The notes beneath the pieces are model-generated. The model saw only the letters and a list, made by a program, of their open reading frames with translations, was not told the DNA's origin and did not search any database. A stretch of 64,000 nt of DNA. It comes from Candidatus Omnitrophota bacterium. GTDB lineage: Bacteria > Omnitrophota > Gorgyraeia > JAHJTE01. The position numbers and the translations under genes are program-made. This document shows, one piece after another, positions 62,613-64,000 of this stretch. How positions within the stretch are numbered: position 1 is the stretch's first letter; each line of letters opens with the position of its first letter. The stretch covers positions 16,792 through 80,791 of the forward strand of contig JAHJTE010000004.1 of NCBI GenBank assembly GCA_018830005.1. The letters are read 5' to 3'.

Positions 62613-63677
62613 CTAGACCGGGTATGAACCAAGAACCTTTAAATATTTACACTTTTTAGCTAGTGCATTCAAGGCCTTCTTTACCTTAGCTTGATCGCGA
62701 TGACCCTCCAAATCAAGAAAGAAATAATAATCCCAGGCCTTTCTCTTGGAAGGCCTAGATTCTATTTTCGTAAGATTGAGCTTATTTTCTTTGAACGGAA
62801 CCAACATATCGCATAAAGCCCCGACCTTGTCTTGAATGGAGAAAACAACAGATGTCTTATCGTTGCCTGTTGGAGAAACATCGTTTTTACCTATTACCAA
62901 GAATCTGGTCATATTATGAGGGCTATCTTCGATTGCCTTAGAGACTATCTTCAAATTGTAAATTTTTGCTGCCAAGGTTGAAGCAATGCATGCAGCATTT
63001 TTTTCCTTAGAAACAATCTGAGCCGCCTTTGAACTACTTGAAACCTCCATAAGCTCTGCTTTGGAAAGATTAGTCTGTAGCCAGATACGGCATTGTCCGA
63101 ACACTTGAGGATTAGAATAGATGCGCTTGATCTTTGAGTTAGGATATTTCATAAGCAAATTATGGGAGATCTCCAATAGGGCCTGAGAGCAGATTTTCAA
63201 ATCCGTTTCTGTCAACATATCCATGGTATGGGAAACAGCTCCCTCAATGGAATTCTCGATCGGCACTACTCCATAATCTGCCTCAGCCTTATCCACTAAA
63301 GCAAAGCAGTTACCTATAGAACTTGCACCGATATAATCCACCTGAGAGCCGAACTTTTTAATTGCTGCCAAATGAGTAAAACTTGCCTCTGGTCCTAAAT
63401 ATGCAATCTTAATAGGCTTCTCTAAAGCAAGCATACTAGACATTACTTCACGATAAATAGCCTCAAGAGCGCTCTTAGTCATAGGGCCTTTATTCATTAA
63501 AGACAGCCTCTTCAGGATTTCCCTTTCTCTATCCGCAGCATAGATACTCGTGCCTTTATGGATTTTGACCTTTCCAATTTTTAAACTCATGTTGGCCCTT
63601 TTATTCAAAAGCTGTAAGATATTTTTATCTATAGAGTCAATAGTTTTTCTTAAATTTTTAATGCTCATCTTATCCAT
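62613..63677 (-). CDS. pheA: Bifunctional chorismate mutase / prephenate dehydratase (P-protein)
   Basis: 354 aa. N-terminal CM_2 helix region, PDT domain (ESRPSK), C-terminal ACT. Confidence 0.85.
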   Translation of the reverse strand: MDKMSIKNLRKTIDSIDKNILQLLNKRANMSLKIGKVKIHKGTSIYAADREREILKRLSLMNKGPMTKSALEAIYREVMSSMLALEKPIKIAYLGPEASFTHLAAIKKFGSQVDYIGASSIGNCFALVDKAEADYGVVPIENSIEGAVSHTMDMLTETDLKICSQALLEISHNLLMKYPNSKIKRIYSNPQVFGQCRIWLQTNLSKAELMEVSSSSKAAQIVSKEKNAACIASTLAAKIYNLKIVSKAIEDSPHNMTRFLVIGKNDVSPTGNDKTSVVFSIQDKVGALCDMLVPFKENKLNLTKIESRPSKRKAWDYYFFLDLEGHRDQAKVKKALNALAKKCKYLKVLGSYPV

Positions 63678-63731
63678 AATTATCCTCTTCTAACAAGCCT
63701 GCTAAAAAACTTTAGCAAAGCGGGGAAAATT

Positions 63732-64000
63732 TTAGCCTTCATCAGCAACTGGCTCCTGGCTGATAGGCTTACTTTCTCCTTCTTCTTTAACTTCTAAATC
63801 TTTCAATGTCTCTTCTACGTTTTGTGGCTGTGGATTCATAGTAGCGAATTCTTCGATGGGTGGCAAATCCTGTAAAGACTTAAGACCAAAATACTCAAGA
63901 AATCCACTCGTGGTTGCATAAAGAAAAGGCCGGCCCAGACAATCCTTCCTTCCTGCAGTACGAATTAAGCCTTTCTCCAGGAGTGTCCTTACTACACCAT
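63732..64000 (-). CDS. scpB: Segregation and condensation protein B, C-terminal part (5' end outside window)
   Basis: The reverse-complement translation ends ...[26 protein letters not shown]... with an acidic tail, and stops at 63732-63734. Confidence 0.7.
   Translation of the reverse strand, partial: GVVRTLLEKGLIRTAGRKDCLGRPFLYATTSGFLEYFGLKSLQDLPPIEEFATMNPQPQNVEETLKDLEVKEEGESKPISQEPVADEG

Overview
Low-GC bacterial chromosomal segment with almost every gene on the minus strand. Right to left it contains the following.

1. **Aromatic amino-acid operon and housekeeping genes (64.0-54.6 kb):** scpB (partial), pheA-hisC-DAHP synthase-tyrA, cmk, lepA, lepB, pgsA and plsY.
2. **tRNA block:** tRNA-Thr(GGU), rpmG and tRNA-Trp(CCA).
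3. **Fused ribosomal super-operon (54.3-24.5 kb):** secE-nusG-rplKAJL-rpoBC-rpsLG-fusA-tuf-S10-spc-alpha, running secY-adk-map-infA-rpmJ to rplQ. It is uninterrupted, lacks L30, and several proteins carry lysine-rich tails.
4. **leu region with a toxin locus:** aminotransferase-leuC, then a 1983-aa signal-peptide / FG-GAP (VCBS) / YD-repeat RHS polymorphic toxin with an uncharacterised C-terminal tip, a 4-TM candidate immunity protein and pilT, all wedged between leuC and leuD-leuB(icd-like)-mdh-lipB-lipoyl-domain protein.
5. **Non-canonical type II FAS/PKS-like lipid cluster (the most unusual part, 0.2-10.9 kb):** tightly coupled HTH regulator-FabG-KS(degenerate His dyad)-FabZ-FabF-ACP-KS-two CrtI-like FAD oxidoreductases-multi-TM GAF histidine kinase. 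It has its own sigma70-like promoter and paired TTGTCAA direct repeats. This looks like an undescribed polyene/unsaturated-lipid pathway under dedicated sensor control.

No rRNA, CRISPR or obvious mobile element was seen.
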